From: the human T2T-CHM13v2.0 reference genome, Homo sapiens
DNA: 64,000 nt
Direction: 5' to 3' (one strand)
Assembly (NCBI RefSeq): GCF_009914755.1
Contig: NC_060936.1
The notes under the pieces were generated by a model. The model ran no database searches and had not been told where the DNA came from. It worked only from the letters and a program-made list of their open reading frames with translations. Shown here piece by piece: positions 1 to 13,207 of this stretch (its first letter is position 1; each line of letters opens with the position of its first letter). Made by a program: the position numbers and the translations under genes.

Positions 1-1083
1 ACACACACATTATACATATAAATTATTATATAATGTTATCTTAGTGATTGACCCAGAATAGAATACAGATTTTCTTAAGTTTCAATGCAACTAGATAGAA
101 AAGGATATAATGTCTGTATTCAAAGTAAGGGTTAATCTACTTTTGGTAGGTTAAAAGTAGAACATTTTCTTATCTGAGTTATTATATCTGTTAAAAAATA
201 ACTTGTAACATAATTAAATGTGTCATAGTTGGTTTATTGCAATGCTGTAAAAATTTTTTTTAAAAAGAACTGAACTATGCCCTGATTAAATTAATTAACG
301 TGTCACATAGATTGCCATTTAGAAAGGTTATTTCCCTAAAATTGCTGCATTTTGAGCCTATCTTCTCAGTAAGTTTTCACAATGTTATTTATACAGTTAG
401 ATATTATGATTACTTTTGTGATTCGTTTAGATACTAACTTTACTAATTGACAGATATGATCATTTACCTTTTTTCTTCAAAAATATTTCTAGATTTTTTC
501 TTCTTCATTTCAGAAATTTGAATCATTTTATATACTAGTGAATTTTCATCATTTTGTATATGTTCATCTTCACATAGATGCATTTATTATTTATAAAGCA
601 GTTAGCTGTCCTGCTTATTGCAAAAGTACAAAGAGCAGTGCTTGGTGCCTTTGTAGCTTTGCCTCAAGATTGTTAATATGTTTCCTGAAAGTCCTACTAT
701 TGATTGACTCATATATGCCTCTGCAGTTCCCATTTCTATCTGATGTAGTATTGAGTTTGTTGCCACTATTTCCTTGTTTTTTCAAGAATAGTCCTTTTAC
801 TTATCCTCAGTTTTATCGAGGTATATAAATATTAAGCTTTCCAAAAAAAAAAAACCAATTTTGGGTTGATGTTAGACAAATCTTTTTGTATAGGTTTAAG
901 AGTGTGCTGGGTTACATTTTAGAAATAGCATCTGATCAGTAGTTCTCTCCCACCTTCTTACTAATGTGCCCTTAGAAACACAGGAAAAGATGTATGCAGA
1001 AAACTGTGGTGACATTCAACCTACTGCCTGCCTGGGAGGAGTTTTCACTACTATAAGCAGAAAAAACTGGCAAGAATGCCTTT

Positions 1084-1183
1084 CTTGTCTTTCTACCTAC
1101 TGTCAGACAAGTAGAGCAAAAGAAAGCCCCCCAGAGAAAGCCCCTCAGTTTTGCTCTACTTGTCTGGTAGATAGGAAGACAAG
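1084..1183. repeat. Inverted repeat / 100-nt hairpin
   Basis: CAGACAAGTAGAGCAAAA (1104-1121) is the exact reverse complement of 1149-1166. The outer arms 1084-1100 and 1167-1183 match 15/17. There is a 3-nt bulge and a 27-nt loop. Confidence 0.95.
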
Positions 1184-2213
1184 CTGTCCTTCCTGAGAGT
1201 CAGAAACATAAGATTCAGAAACACAGAGCTATTCCAGTGAAAAGCAAAGACAGACATTAGGATACTGTCCATTTTTTGCATGGTTACAGCCTTTGAGGCC
1301 ATCGGACTGTTGTCTACACTACATTATATAGTCATTAACATTGTGTTCACTGTGGTTCACAGAATGATTGAAAAATGCTTATAGTTAAACCTTAAGAAGG
1401 CACAGAATTTGAATTTATACAAAAAGAATATGTAAGGGTATAAAAATATGTAAATAAAAGTGCCTAGATGCAAGAGTGATGGAAATAAGTCAAATGTTAG
1501 CAGTGCTTTCTTATCAGATGGAGAAATTATGGATGACTTTTCCTTCCCAGTTTAGTGTTTCTTTGTACCTCTGAAAATTTGTACAATGTACATCTGTTAT
1601 TTATAATTTTGTACATTGAGTGTGTATCAAGTTACTGTTTAAACAAAAGGAAAGAATGGGTAGAAAATATAAGACATCTATATTTTTATAAATACTTTTT
1701 AATATCCATAATTTCATGTAAAATTTTCAACTATCCCGGAGGTAGACTTTTATTGATATTTTAGAGTTATGACTAGGATAGTTGTGAAATCTTTCCAACT
1801 CCAAACCCCATGGTCCTCCTACTATACCTTGTTACAAACAGAAAATCATCCTTATGGAAAGCCTTAAAGGCAGAAAATATATAAAATAAGTATAAGTATG
1901 TTATGTGTATAAAGTAAAAATTTTAAAGACATTTTTGAGGTTATTAGCATAATTTCTATCTTTTTAATTTACATACACCTTTTAATGTGTTTGTTACTAG
2001 TGATATATGAAGAAAAAATAATGTATAATTTCACCATCAAGAGATTGTTTTACATTGTAGAGCATGTTCTTCATATTTTAGTGTGTGTACATTCATACAT
2101 ATACATTCAAAGGTTTCATAGCATTAATCTGAAATATATACTTCAAAAGTTTTCAATTTAGTACCATTAATGATGGGAAGATAATATACTTTTGAGTTAT
2201 AATGGTTTTATTG

Positions 2214-2749
2214 TGTATCAGTAGGGCCCGCTCAGAAAATCAGAACCTACTCTAATATAAGCAGTAAGATATTGAATGAAAGGAATCAATTACAGTGATA
2301 ACAGAAGGACTGGAGGTACAAAAGAGAGAAAGGGCTGTTATCCAAATATCAGAAGGCTATTACCACCCAAGGCTGGAGGCCATGAAATAGTGTTTGATAC
2401 TGAGTTGCAGGAGAGGCTGGTGCTTCTGCTGCAATATTAAAACAGCATTGTGCCATTGTGGCATAGCAGTCTTCTAGGAGCCAATACTACTAATATCTGT
2501 GAAACTCTCAGGCTGGATACCATAGTCACCTACGGTGGCTGTCAGTAGCCCCCTGCTGCTGTTACCTCAGCAGAAAAAAATAGCCTATACTTCTTCCACC
2601 TTCAACTCTCTAATCAATGCCTCCCACTGGCAGGACCTGACAAGAAGCCAGCTGGCTAAGGATAAAGAAAAATGTAGTTTAGAGTCTTCCTGCCTCCTGT
2701 GAATCAGAAAGATGGGGATGGAGTTGATGGCCAATAAAGAGTTTGCACA
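2214..2749 (-). mobile_element. Old ERVL-MaLR solo LTR (MLT1, late M/N-like subfamily)
   Basis: Starts TGTATCAGT (reverse of the MLT1 3' end), contains the AAGCCAGCTGG...AAATGTAGTTT block typical of old MLT1, and ends ...GCACA. Confidence 0.6.
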
Positions 2750-3696
2750 CATTTGTTCATTAATTCATTTTAGTAATTTTCTTCTTTCATACTGCTTGTT
2801 TTAATAACCTGCAAGTAAATAATCCACAATAATGTCAATTCATTGGCTGAAAGCGTACAATGTAATTTATTAAAGGCAAAATATTGTTAGGAAATGAATA
2901 ATTGGAGAAATAGGATGGTATCAAGAAAGATATATGTGCTTTTCTGAAGCATCTCATACATAGTTTATAAGAAGAATGCAATATGAAAAATTAAAATCAG
3001 ATAAATCTTTAAGCTTTTGGAATAATATGAAAGTTTTATATGGTTATGGCATGGTAGAATTCACATAACTGATTAGTTAGAACAAAGACAAGACTACTTT
3101 TTCATTATGGAAAGTAAACATAGTAGTCTTCTCAAGATTATTAGCAAATTTTCCTTAAAATGCTTGCATCTGAAAAGATGGCTTCAGCCTGATTATTTTA
3201 AAGCCTGTGTGGTTCATCAGTTTAAGTAGGGAAGTGGGACTTGGCGATCTCAGAGGAGTTCTGTAGCCTCCATGCCCCTGCTCCCCCCTTTTCATGGCTC
3301 ACTACTGCCATTCACATAAGCAAACACTAGCTTCCCTCAGTCATTCAGATCATGGATGAATGCCATTCTGTGTTAGCTTAACCACCATCATTCTTGATAA
3401 AATATAACTTTTTACTTGAGTAATGCATACCTAGTATAATAGGCTACAGTATTTCTTGAAATGTAGAGTCCGTATCAGTGGTGGTATAAAAGATTGTTTT
3501 ACATGCAACGAGATATGCTGGTATATAATATTAAGTGTTTTGCTAAATTGTTTGCCTTTCATTTCTACTCTAATGTTACTGATTAAGATAAGGGGAGCAG
3601 ATCTCACCTTGGAGCTAGGATGCTTTCATGTCCCTCCAACCCTCACTGATTATCTTTGTAACAGAGAGCAGGCCTCAGGCTAGGAGTGTTTGTCAG

Positions 3697-3719
3697 AAAA
3701 AAAAAAAAAAAAAAAAAAA
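3697..3719 (+). repeat. Poly(A)23 tract
   Basis: Uninterrupted A run with no recognisable SINE attached. Confidence 0.95.
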
Positions 3720-4671
3720 GAGGATCTTGTGAGAATTGAAAGAGATAGCATTGTCTTTCCTTGACTTTAGTTTTATGGCCACTTTGTACTTATATAAAGT
3801 ATTACTGAGTTTCCATTTAAGTAGTGACATAAAGTTTTAAAAAATAAATCCAATTGGAAAGAAAATTTTATTTATAGAAGACTAAGTGTACAATATTATG
3901 GGTGGCTGGTCCATAACATGGTAGAATCACCAAGGTAATTGCTACATGAATAATTGAAATTTTGGAAGCAGTAATATATATAGCACATTTGCTTCTATCT
4001 TTTTCTTCTTTAATTTTACATAAAGATATAAAACAGAACTATAGGCTTATCTAGAAAAATTAGATAAACATAATCATTCATCTACTTCTTTCTCTAGGTA
4101 ATGTATATTAAGCTTTGGGCCCAACCCAGTAACTAAATGGGATGATGGTGATGACGATTATTATTGATTATTGTTTTCTTAAAAGCCGTGATTCCTATTA
4201 AAATACTCTTGTAGCAAATTGTAATGAATTTTTCCCAGTTGGTTTACCAAGTGCGTAAGAATCAGATATCAGTAAAAATGTCAAAGTATACATTTATAAT
4301 AGCCTATCTTTTCCCCAGAATGGCTTATTATTATCTCTCTGCAGTGTATCAGAATATAAATAGTATTAGAAGGTTTTAAAAATATCAATTAGAATGGGAA
4401 TGAAAGGAATACTGAAGGAAGGAAAAGAGATGAAGTGACGAAGCACTTCTTTTGGCCACTTTCCTGCTGCATGTCTCACTTTGGGTGCTACTTAGATGTA
4501 GATAGAGTTGGCACCACCAAACAGGGTTATTACTAATCTTGGATCTCACATATAACTTTTAATTTTAGGTTGAAAATATGAGAAAAGTGTTCTTCTCATT
4601 GACAAGTAATTAGCCCCAGAATTTCCAAATCAATTTTGAATATCAGGAAGATTAAAAATTGAACTACTAGA

Positions 4672-4965
4672 GGCCAGGCGCGGTGGCTTATGCCTGTAAT
4701 CCCAGCACTTTGGGAGGCTAAGATGGGCAGATCACTTGAGGTCAGGAGTTCGAGACCAGCCTGGCCAACATGGCAAAACTGTGCCTCTACTAAAAATATG
4801 AAAATCAGCTGGGCCTGGTGGCTTGCACCTCTAGTCCCAGCTACTCAGAAGGCTGAGGCAGGAGAATCGCTTGAACCTGGGAGGCAGAGATTTCAGTGAG
4901 CTGAGATTGTGCCACTGAACTCCAGCCTGGTCAACGAGCAAGACTTCATCTAAAACAACAACAAC
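4672..4965 (+). mobile_element. AluS (Sx/Sz-like) SINE
   Basis: GGCCAGGCGCGGTGGCT head, dimeric body, (CAA)n tail, partial TSD AAAAAT(T/C)GAA. Confidence 0.95.
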
Positions 4966-5258
4966 AAAAATCGAATTTTTTTTTGGTTGTTTGTGAAGAT
5001 TAGGGTCAGTAATAGACCCCTTTTAATAATTGTATTTTTCTCCTCAGAGTGGCCGTATAGATAATTCTGATTTGTTTGCTCTATTTTAAATTTTAGTTTG
5101 ATTTTTTGGATTTTAAAAAATGTTATTTTCAATGTCTGAAGTTTTTTTATTCTTCATTTACTCTAAACATTTACTTCAAGCTTTCATGCAATTTGGTATT
5201 CATTTGTTAAAAACGTCTTGTAAAATATCAACATACTTTAAGAAAGTAAAAGCTATAC

Positions 5259-5534
5259 TTTTTTTTTTTATGAGTCAGCATCTCACTCTGTCATCTAGGC
5301 TGGGGTGCAGTGCAGGATCATGGCTCACTGTAGCCTTGACCTTCCAGGCTCAAGGGATCCTCCTACTTCGGCCTCCTGAGTATACCACCATGCCAGGCTA
5401 ATTTTTAATTTTTTTGTAGAGATAGGGTCTCCCTGTGTTGCCTAGGCTGGTCTCAAACTCCTGGCCTCAAACAATCCTCTTGTCTTGGCCCCCGCAAAGT
5501 GCTGGGATTACAGGCATGAACCACTGCACCTGGC
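5259..5534 (-). mobile_element. AluJ SINE with small internal deletion
   Basis: Antisense Alu with J-type motifs (GATCATGGCTCACTGTAGCCTTGACC, CTCAAGGGATCCTCC); TSD AA(G/T)CTATACT. Confidence 0.93.
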
Positions 5535-6577
5535 AAATCTATACTCTTGATTATGCCCATGATAAATTATCTCAGTTATAGGACATCATCTGTGTCAATC
5601 TAAAGAGAGGAATAAGAAGAGTAGCTATTGCCACCAATGAGACTTTTTGAGAATAAACATGAAAATAACTTACAGATATTTTTAAGTTCCAGGTATCAAA
5701 ATTGTTATAGTATGAAAAGCAATAGAGTAGTTGTCAGAAAACTTTCAACTCATCAGTGACAGAGCTGGAGATAAATATGTGCTGTCTGTACATCTCCACT
5801 TCTTTATAAAATGAAAATAATTATCTTTTCCTTTGCTACCTCACTGTGTTTTTTGCAATATTAAGTATATAGATAAGTAATTTGTATGTATTTTTAAAAC
5901 TCAACATAATTATGTTATACTTGTTATTTATTGCTCAAATCTTAATGCTATATACCTAATATCTAAGCATGTTGTGATTTATTCCTAGATGAAGAATCAT
6001 CTAAGCCTATGGTAAATATATCAAAAGGTATTATTTTGCTTATATCATAGCAAACAATCTCTAGAGCTACAAGGATGTATAGCTGCAAATAGAAAATATA
6101 TTTTCTGAAAGATTAGTGAATCTGCTCTTGTTGTTTTCATATTTCTTTCAGTAGTCTCTCAATATATTTTTAAATATTACATTTTCTACTTACAAAAGTA
6201 GTATGTACCTGCTGAGGAAAATGCAGAAAAACATTAAGAAGGGGACAAAACATACTTAATCCCACTTCCCAGGCTGGGGAACTGTTTATATTTTGGCATA
6301 GTTCCTTTGTTTTGTGTCTGTGTGTTTGTGTGTATATGTATTGTATATGCGTGTGTAATTCTTGTTTTAGACTTTTCTATTTTACAAAACGAAGACCATA
6401 TGGTATAAAGAATGTGGACACCCTTTATAGATGGATTTTCCACTTAATTTATTTCTTTATCTGAAAAGCAGAACCTTTAATATTCATTACCACTTAGTTT
6501 AGGTTGTTAATGATAATGTTTACTAATGATACTGTTAGGCTCACAGTTCATTTTATGTTGTAATCATTATTCTGCAC

Positions 6578-6596
6578 TTGCCACTAGATGGCTCTG
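6578..6596 (+). promoter_or_regulatory. Strong CTCF core motif
   Basis: TTGCCACTAGATGGCTCTG matches the CTCF core CCACYAGRKGGC; it lies outside recognisable repeats. Motif only, occupancy not shown. Confidence 0.6.
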
Positions 6597-7846
6597 TTCT
6601 CAGAGTGACTATTTTTCCAAAAGAAAAAGTGCCCTGTATCATTGAAATGATGGGAAATGTTATTGCCCTTATTAACATTATATGGAATGCACACAAATAT
6701 AATTGCATAATAATTCAACAGAGTATGCCTGTGATAATTTAAATGGTATTTCAATAGATCCACAAATTTAATATATCCCCTTCAAAATGAGGGTTATATT
6801 TACTTAGAAAGCAATATATTCACTTAACAAGGTTCACTGTCACTTAGTAAATCAATATTGGAATTATTTTTTCAGCTCTCGCTTTTTATATCAATAACTT
6901 TGATATTGAGTAAGTTGTTTTTTCCCATTGCTTGGCTAATTTTTATCATAATTATCTTTTCTGTACTTCAGTATGATGACTGTCCTTCTGTAGGCCCAAG
7001 AAATATACTCTATATAAGTAAGATTTTCTTCTGGATGGCTATTACGGTAAGATGTTTTACCGTGAGCTGAATCATGATTACTCTCAAAGCCAATCTGGTT
7101 TCAGGTGGGTCCTAAGCCCATGCTAATTTCTATGGCCAGGATTGTACACTATGCAAATTTTCATTTTCCTTGAAGAGTGAGTGCAGGACTATAAATTGCT
7201 GACGTGGGATTGAATAAAATGAGACACATGGATACAGACATTAGTTTCTCATGTGCAAAGAAGTTGTGGTCTTTGTTTATACAGGGCTTTCTAGACATAC
7301 CCAGCTATTTACCATCCAATCATATTTTATAGAGAGAAAAACAGATATTTTAGGATAAACATTCTCACCACATGATGAACTGATAACATGGCACACTCTA
7401 TTTATACCCCTAGCAAATCTCAGTATTATGAATTAAGAAGCAGTTACATATGAGAATATGAAATTCTAAAAATGAAATTAGAAGTTTAGCCGTTGTGCAT
7501 AACTCCTGTGTTTTAAGGTTCATCATACCCCATTTTTATTTTCAATTTTTAAAAAATATTTAGTTACATATAGTTCATTAAATTCCAGGTCTAAGTTCAT
7601 CAAATCTTCCTTTCTGAGGATAAAAGTCGATGAAGTTGGAGGTTGCTTAACAATTTCTTCTCTTTAATAGCATGTCATAGTTTTCATTTTTGCAGAATAT
7701 GTATTCCAAGAATAGAGTAGCCCTTATATTGGTTCATATTACGTTGTTGGATTACACACGCTCATTCACAGCTCTGATGGTAAAATTTTCTACCAACTCC
7801 CCAAGCTAAGTACTTACGTGTGTTAGAATGTTAATTCTCTAGGTAA

Positions 7847-8171
<325 letters not shown>

Positions 8172-9271
8172 AGTACTTTTATTTTAAAAATTTAAAATGG
8201 TAGCATGTCCTAAATAAAATAGGAAATATAAAAGTTGAAAGTCCTGGAGATGGATGAAATAGGGAAAGAAGGTAGGACAAACAGTTCCTACTTCTTAGAA
8301 CTTGAGAGACTATATCTAAAAGAATATTCCAGAACAGGGAAGTGTTATAAATAATACCAACTTGTGCCAAAAAATATTACTCATCTTAGATCTCCCTTTT
8401 GGGGATTTTGGATCAATAAGAAACCACGTTTCAATGGAAGTGGTGCAGAGCCCGTTGCCTAGTGTGAAGAGCCAATGAACTAAGTCAGCAGGTTAAAACC
8501 TGACCCCCTGGCCCATTTATTTTTCTGTCTTTGCACTCTTGAAAAGCATGTTCCCTAGAGATCTATCCAAATAGTCACTGGAGTCCTGAGGCCCCACCCT
8601 TTGTCCAGTACACTGAACTGTGTTATGCAACATGGAAATTGTTCCCATTCCAATGCCTGACAGCCAGACTCTTGGAAGACAAGCAAAGAAACAGGATGCT
8701 TCTACGGAGCACAAACACTTAGCACTGACAGCTACAATCTGTGAATGAAACTATTTTTTATATGAGCAAATAATTTTTTAAAAATCCAAATATTATGAAG
8801 CATATAAACAAAGGTTCTAATAATTAAGAGTTCTTGCTGAATGCAAAGCAACAATTCTCCTGTGTTTCAAGGAGGAGAGGAAGAAGTGAATGAGATACAC
8901 AGATGCCATTCAGTAGACCATCTAACAGGGTGCGCTGAGTTGTATTTAAGTGATTATAATGTGATATAATGAGTGGTCATGAGTAATACTTCGAATGTGA
9001 ATGCTTTTTAAAATTTTCAGTGTACTTTTAAAGAAATTATTTAAAAGTTAAATTATGACTAGTGTATTATTTTTAAGTGTCTCATATAAAAGGCAATTTT
9101 GTCTCTGTGTGTTTCTGGCTCTGTTTTTCAGTAGTTGCTGTTCTAGAGAAATCTAATGTGAATATAAAAATCACTTAATCTATTAATAAGTATGACTATA
9201 TAATTGTGGCTTTGTGTGTGATAGACGAAGTTTGAATTTTAGGATAAGTGTTTTCTTTTCTTTCTTCTTAG

Positions 9272-9299
9272 CCATCACCGCCTGTCCCAGTTACTAAAG
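9272..9299 (+). CDS. Candidate 28-nt internal exon of an unidentified long-intron host gene (PSPPVPVTK, phase 0 to 1; or HHRLSQLLK, phase 2 to 0)
   Basis: 19-nt pure pyrimidine run TTTTCTTTTCTTTCTTCTT followed by AG; GC-richer 28-nt body open in two frames; AAG|GTACCT donor followed by a U/C-rich stretch. Coding status and gene identity are not established. Confidence 0.6.
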
Positions 9300-10115
9300 G
9301 TACCTCTCTTTTCCTCTCATCAATTTTTTGTTTGAAAGATAAATGAGATCTTCAGTGTGTGCTTAAGTCATTTTATAGTTATGAGTGCAAAAAATAAATT
9401 GCCATTTGAACTCCAGAGTTGAATTCAAATTTTTCAGAAATAAGCACATATTTTATTTGTTTTTTGAGACTTCTTTGTTTTTCTCATTGTTGGGTGGGTA
9501 GCCTTTTTTATATATGCCTTCCAAAGCTTCTTTCCTGATTGTTGAATTACTTATATGTTAGTTTAATAGGTACATTAATTTTTTCTATCTAATTGGGAGT
9601 GAAAGAAGACTGCTGTTAAACATGAGTTCTTAGTTATTGGTTGTTTTCATCTTTTAAAATTTTCTGATTTGAGGAGAGGCAGATAGACTTGGTTAAAATG
9701 ATGGATTATAAATATGTGAAATGTCTGAATGAGATCCTTTAACAAAGAAAATAAAAGGAATGATGATGCTTTTTTTTTTTGTATATCTAGGAATCTTTAT
9801 TTCTGAAATGATTTATATTAATAAAGATAGTGTAGGAATGACTTTCTATATTCCTGCCTAGTATTCTTTCTGTTAATTTATACTCTAGATGTTGTCACAG
9901 GAAATGACTTATAAAAATGTATTTATTATGCTTGCTTATATAAAGGAGGATTTTTAAAGTCTTTATTTTATTCTTGTATGTGATACACTATTAAAAACAT
10001 TGAAATATACATCTGCCGTTATCTTTTACTAGATTTTGAACTTCTTCCACATTTTAAAGATATCTACTTTATTCTGAATATTTGAAGTATTTAGACAGTA
10101 AAGAGTTGGTCAATG

Positions 10116-10484
<369 letters not shown>

Positions 10485-10799
10485 TTAATAGCACATTTTC
10501 TTTTTGTAGCCAGCTTTGTGATTTTGTCCCATATGTTTAAACAAATTAAATAGCATTGTTTAGGTTTTAAAATAGCAACATTGTTCTATTAGGATTGATT
10601 TTGATACATAAATTCATTATGACATTTATTTTTCCATTTGCAATTGATTTCTGAGTCTTCCCTTTCATACCCTGAGCTGTCTCAGAATCATGCTTTCTTT
10701 CTTTTTAATAACATTTTGCATGTTATACATTTTACATTTGTATGTGTTGCTTCTTATCATTAGTCTTTTGTCTTAAAATTAGAATGGCCAATGATTATG

Positions 10800-10975
10800 G
10801 TCTGTACTTGCCTGTGATCTTGAGCAAGTTATTTAACCTCTCTGAATCTCATTCTGTAATCTGTGAAATTGGCCCAATAATGAGGGATCTATAAGACTGA
10901 TTGTAAACATTAAATTAAATGATAAGGATACATGTCTGGCATGGCATTAGAAATGTAGTAAATTCTTGCTAATCA
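10800..10975 (+). mobile_element. MIR fragment
   Basis: MIR core GTGATCTTGAGCAAGTTATTTAACCTCTCTGA...CTGTGAAAT. Confidence 0.7.
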
Positions 10976-13207
10976 TGGTTATATAAACATGCCAGAGATG
11001 ATTCAAATTACACTGACAGCAAGGGCTGCCTGGTCTTTCAGGTTACACTGTGCTTCCCCTTCTATACACAGCTTCCCTGTAGCTCCCCTCTATACGCAGC
11101 TCCAAGCATGCCAGACCTAAGATAATTATTTCACTGTGGTTATTGTGACTTTTAACCTAACTTCTGTTGAGAGAAATTAAAAACAAGTCCTTAAGAATTG
11201 TTTGTTCACTGGATGTTAGTAGTGGGTTGGCAAGCACTGTAATTGGGTTTTGTAGGACTTCTCTACACAAAGGGTGGAAGAGCCACTAAGCATCCTCTCA
11301 AAGTTTCAAATATATTTTCTGGCAGGAGTTATTTTGTTAAATAATTCTAGAGGAGAGTTTACTAAGTAGCTTATTTTGCAAACTGTGAGGCTGCCACTCA
11401 GTCACTAAGTGTATCATTAATGTGGTCTAATTATCTGAGCCCTCACAATTCCACACTGCACTGGAGGAGAAGTCCAAAGCCTTGAAGCTCACTGCCTCTT
11501 CTCTCATTTCAGAACCCAGTGATAGTATGCTTGAGAATTACTAAACATCAGGTATAAGGAGTCAGAGATGCTGAACAGAAATCACATGATTACCATTATT
11601 ATTTTATATGATTTTTGCAGATTTTGAGACATATTTGTTCATATTTAACCCTTAAATACCTCTGAGCCATTCTTTAACACAGAATGACTGATATTTTTCA
11701 AATTTTCCTAGCCACCGTAATAATGAATACCCTTCTAGTTACTTGGGTGAAACATCCAAGATCCATTTTTGCCTGCCTTCTGAACTTCATTCCTTACTTT
11801 TATTATGTTGTAATATCCTGCCAGTTTCATGTCTGTCAACTCCTCCCTATGCTCGCAGTCGTAGTCCATCTAGTCATTCTCCACTCAGATGGTTGTCATG
11901 GTCCCAAAGGGTCTTCTCTTTCTAGCCTCCCACTCTCTAATGAGTCTTTGAAATTGCCTTCAGAGTTACTTTCCTAAAATATGCACATCTGCAGTGTACT
12001 TATTTGGCATAGAAACTGGCTACTTTGAATTTAATACATTAACTCAAATCCTATGTTGTCGATAATAATTATTTAGGACCTGTTTCAGTTTAAAAACACC
12101 GGAATCTCCCTTCTAATAAACATGGGTGCCTTTATATGTTTTTAAAAGACATTGCATACTGTCTAGAGTAACATAATAAATTTTTAGGTACAACATATAT
12201 TTTTGATGACATTTGAAAGGAAATATTATGTGGGTGGAATAGGGAAATAGTAAGTTATCTAGGAAATGAAAACAGTAAATTATTTAACACAGCCTAACAG
12301 TGCTATAACTGTAAATAACACTTTAGTTCTGAAGTTAAAGGTCAGTGTTCAGAATGAAGGCAGACAAAATAGATATTCCCATGGCAGAACTGTTCTTTAT
12401 GGACTTTCAGGAAACTCTAAATGACATTCTCTGCCAATAATGACTCTGGGAAATTGCATCTCCTTGTTTTCTGAATTTATTAATACTTCTATCTCCAAGT
12501 CTTCCTGGAAATCATATTTTAATCTTTTTTTTTTCTGTTTTTTTTTCCTATCCCTGCCACATGTGTTAGCAAAACTCGGATTGTTTTCTCTTACATAACA
12601 CTAATCATTCAGTATCCTCCATTATTTTAGTTGTTAGGGTCATTTTTGTTTTTAGTATACCAGAACTTTGTCTTAAGAAAGAAATAATTGTGTTGATGGA
12701 CTTGATGGCACAAAACAGGAGTTTTTTAAGTGGGAATGGAAAATAGTTTTTATTTTGAATGTTGTTCTGACTTGAGGTGGAATACTATATTAAGAGGGAC
12801 TCTGAGGCTCTGAGTTCAGTGGGAAAGAGGGAAGTGAGAATTCATCATGTCTGAGTGGGACATCTAGTTGTAAAGGGGGTTGTGTCCCAGGGTTTCAAGT
12901 ATGAACACTGTAATGAGAGGTTTGAACCTAGAACCACCTGATTACAAAGCTTACATCCTTTAATAGCTAGTCTGGATTACCCCTCATAAAAATTTGCAAA
13001 TGGTCAGGAAAGTGTGTTATAATTTACAACACTTTTCCACTTGAAGTATTTTAGACAGGACTAGGGAACAATGTAAGGATGTAAAAGTGGAGGTGGTAGA
13101 GATGGGGTTTATCTCTTTTCTTCTTAAATAATAATCTTGGAATTATGAATCTGTATGCACGAATCTTGAATAAGCATCAAAATCTTTCTAAAACTTTCAC
13201 AGTGCAA

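Noticed and set aside
3904-3925. Y RNA-like 5' end GGCTGGTCC...ATGGTAG
   Set aside because: Similarity stops after ~20 nt; no Y RNA 3' stem, oligo-U or A tail.
6973-7070. Possible box C/D snoRNA (ATGATGA ... CTGA, 98 nt)
   Set aside because: No terminal stem flanking the boxes and no rRNA/snRNA guide I can recognise; an Rfam or snoscan hit would be needed.
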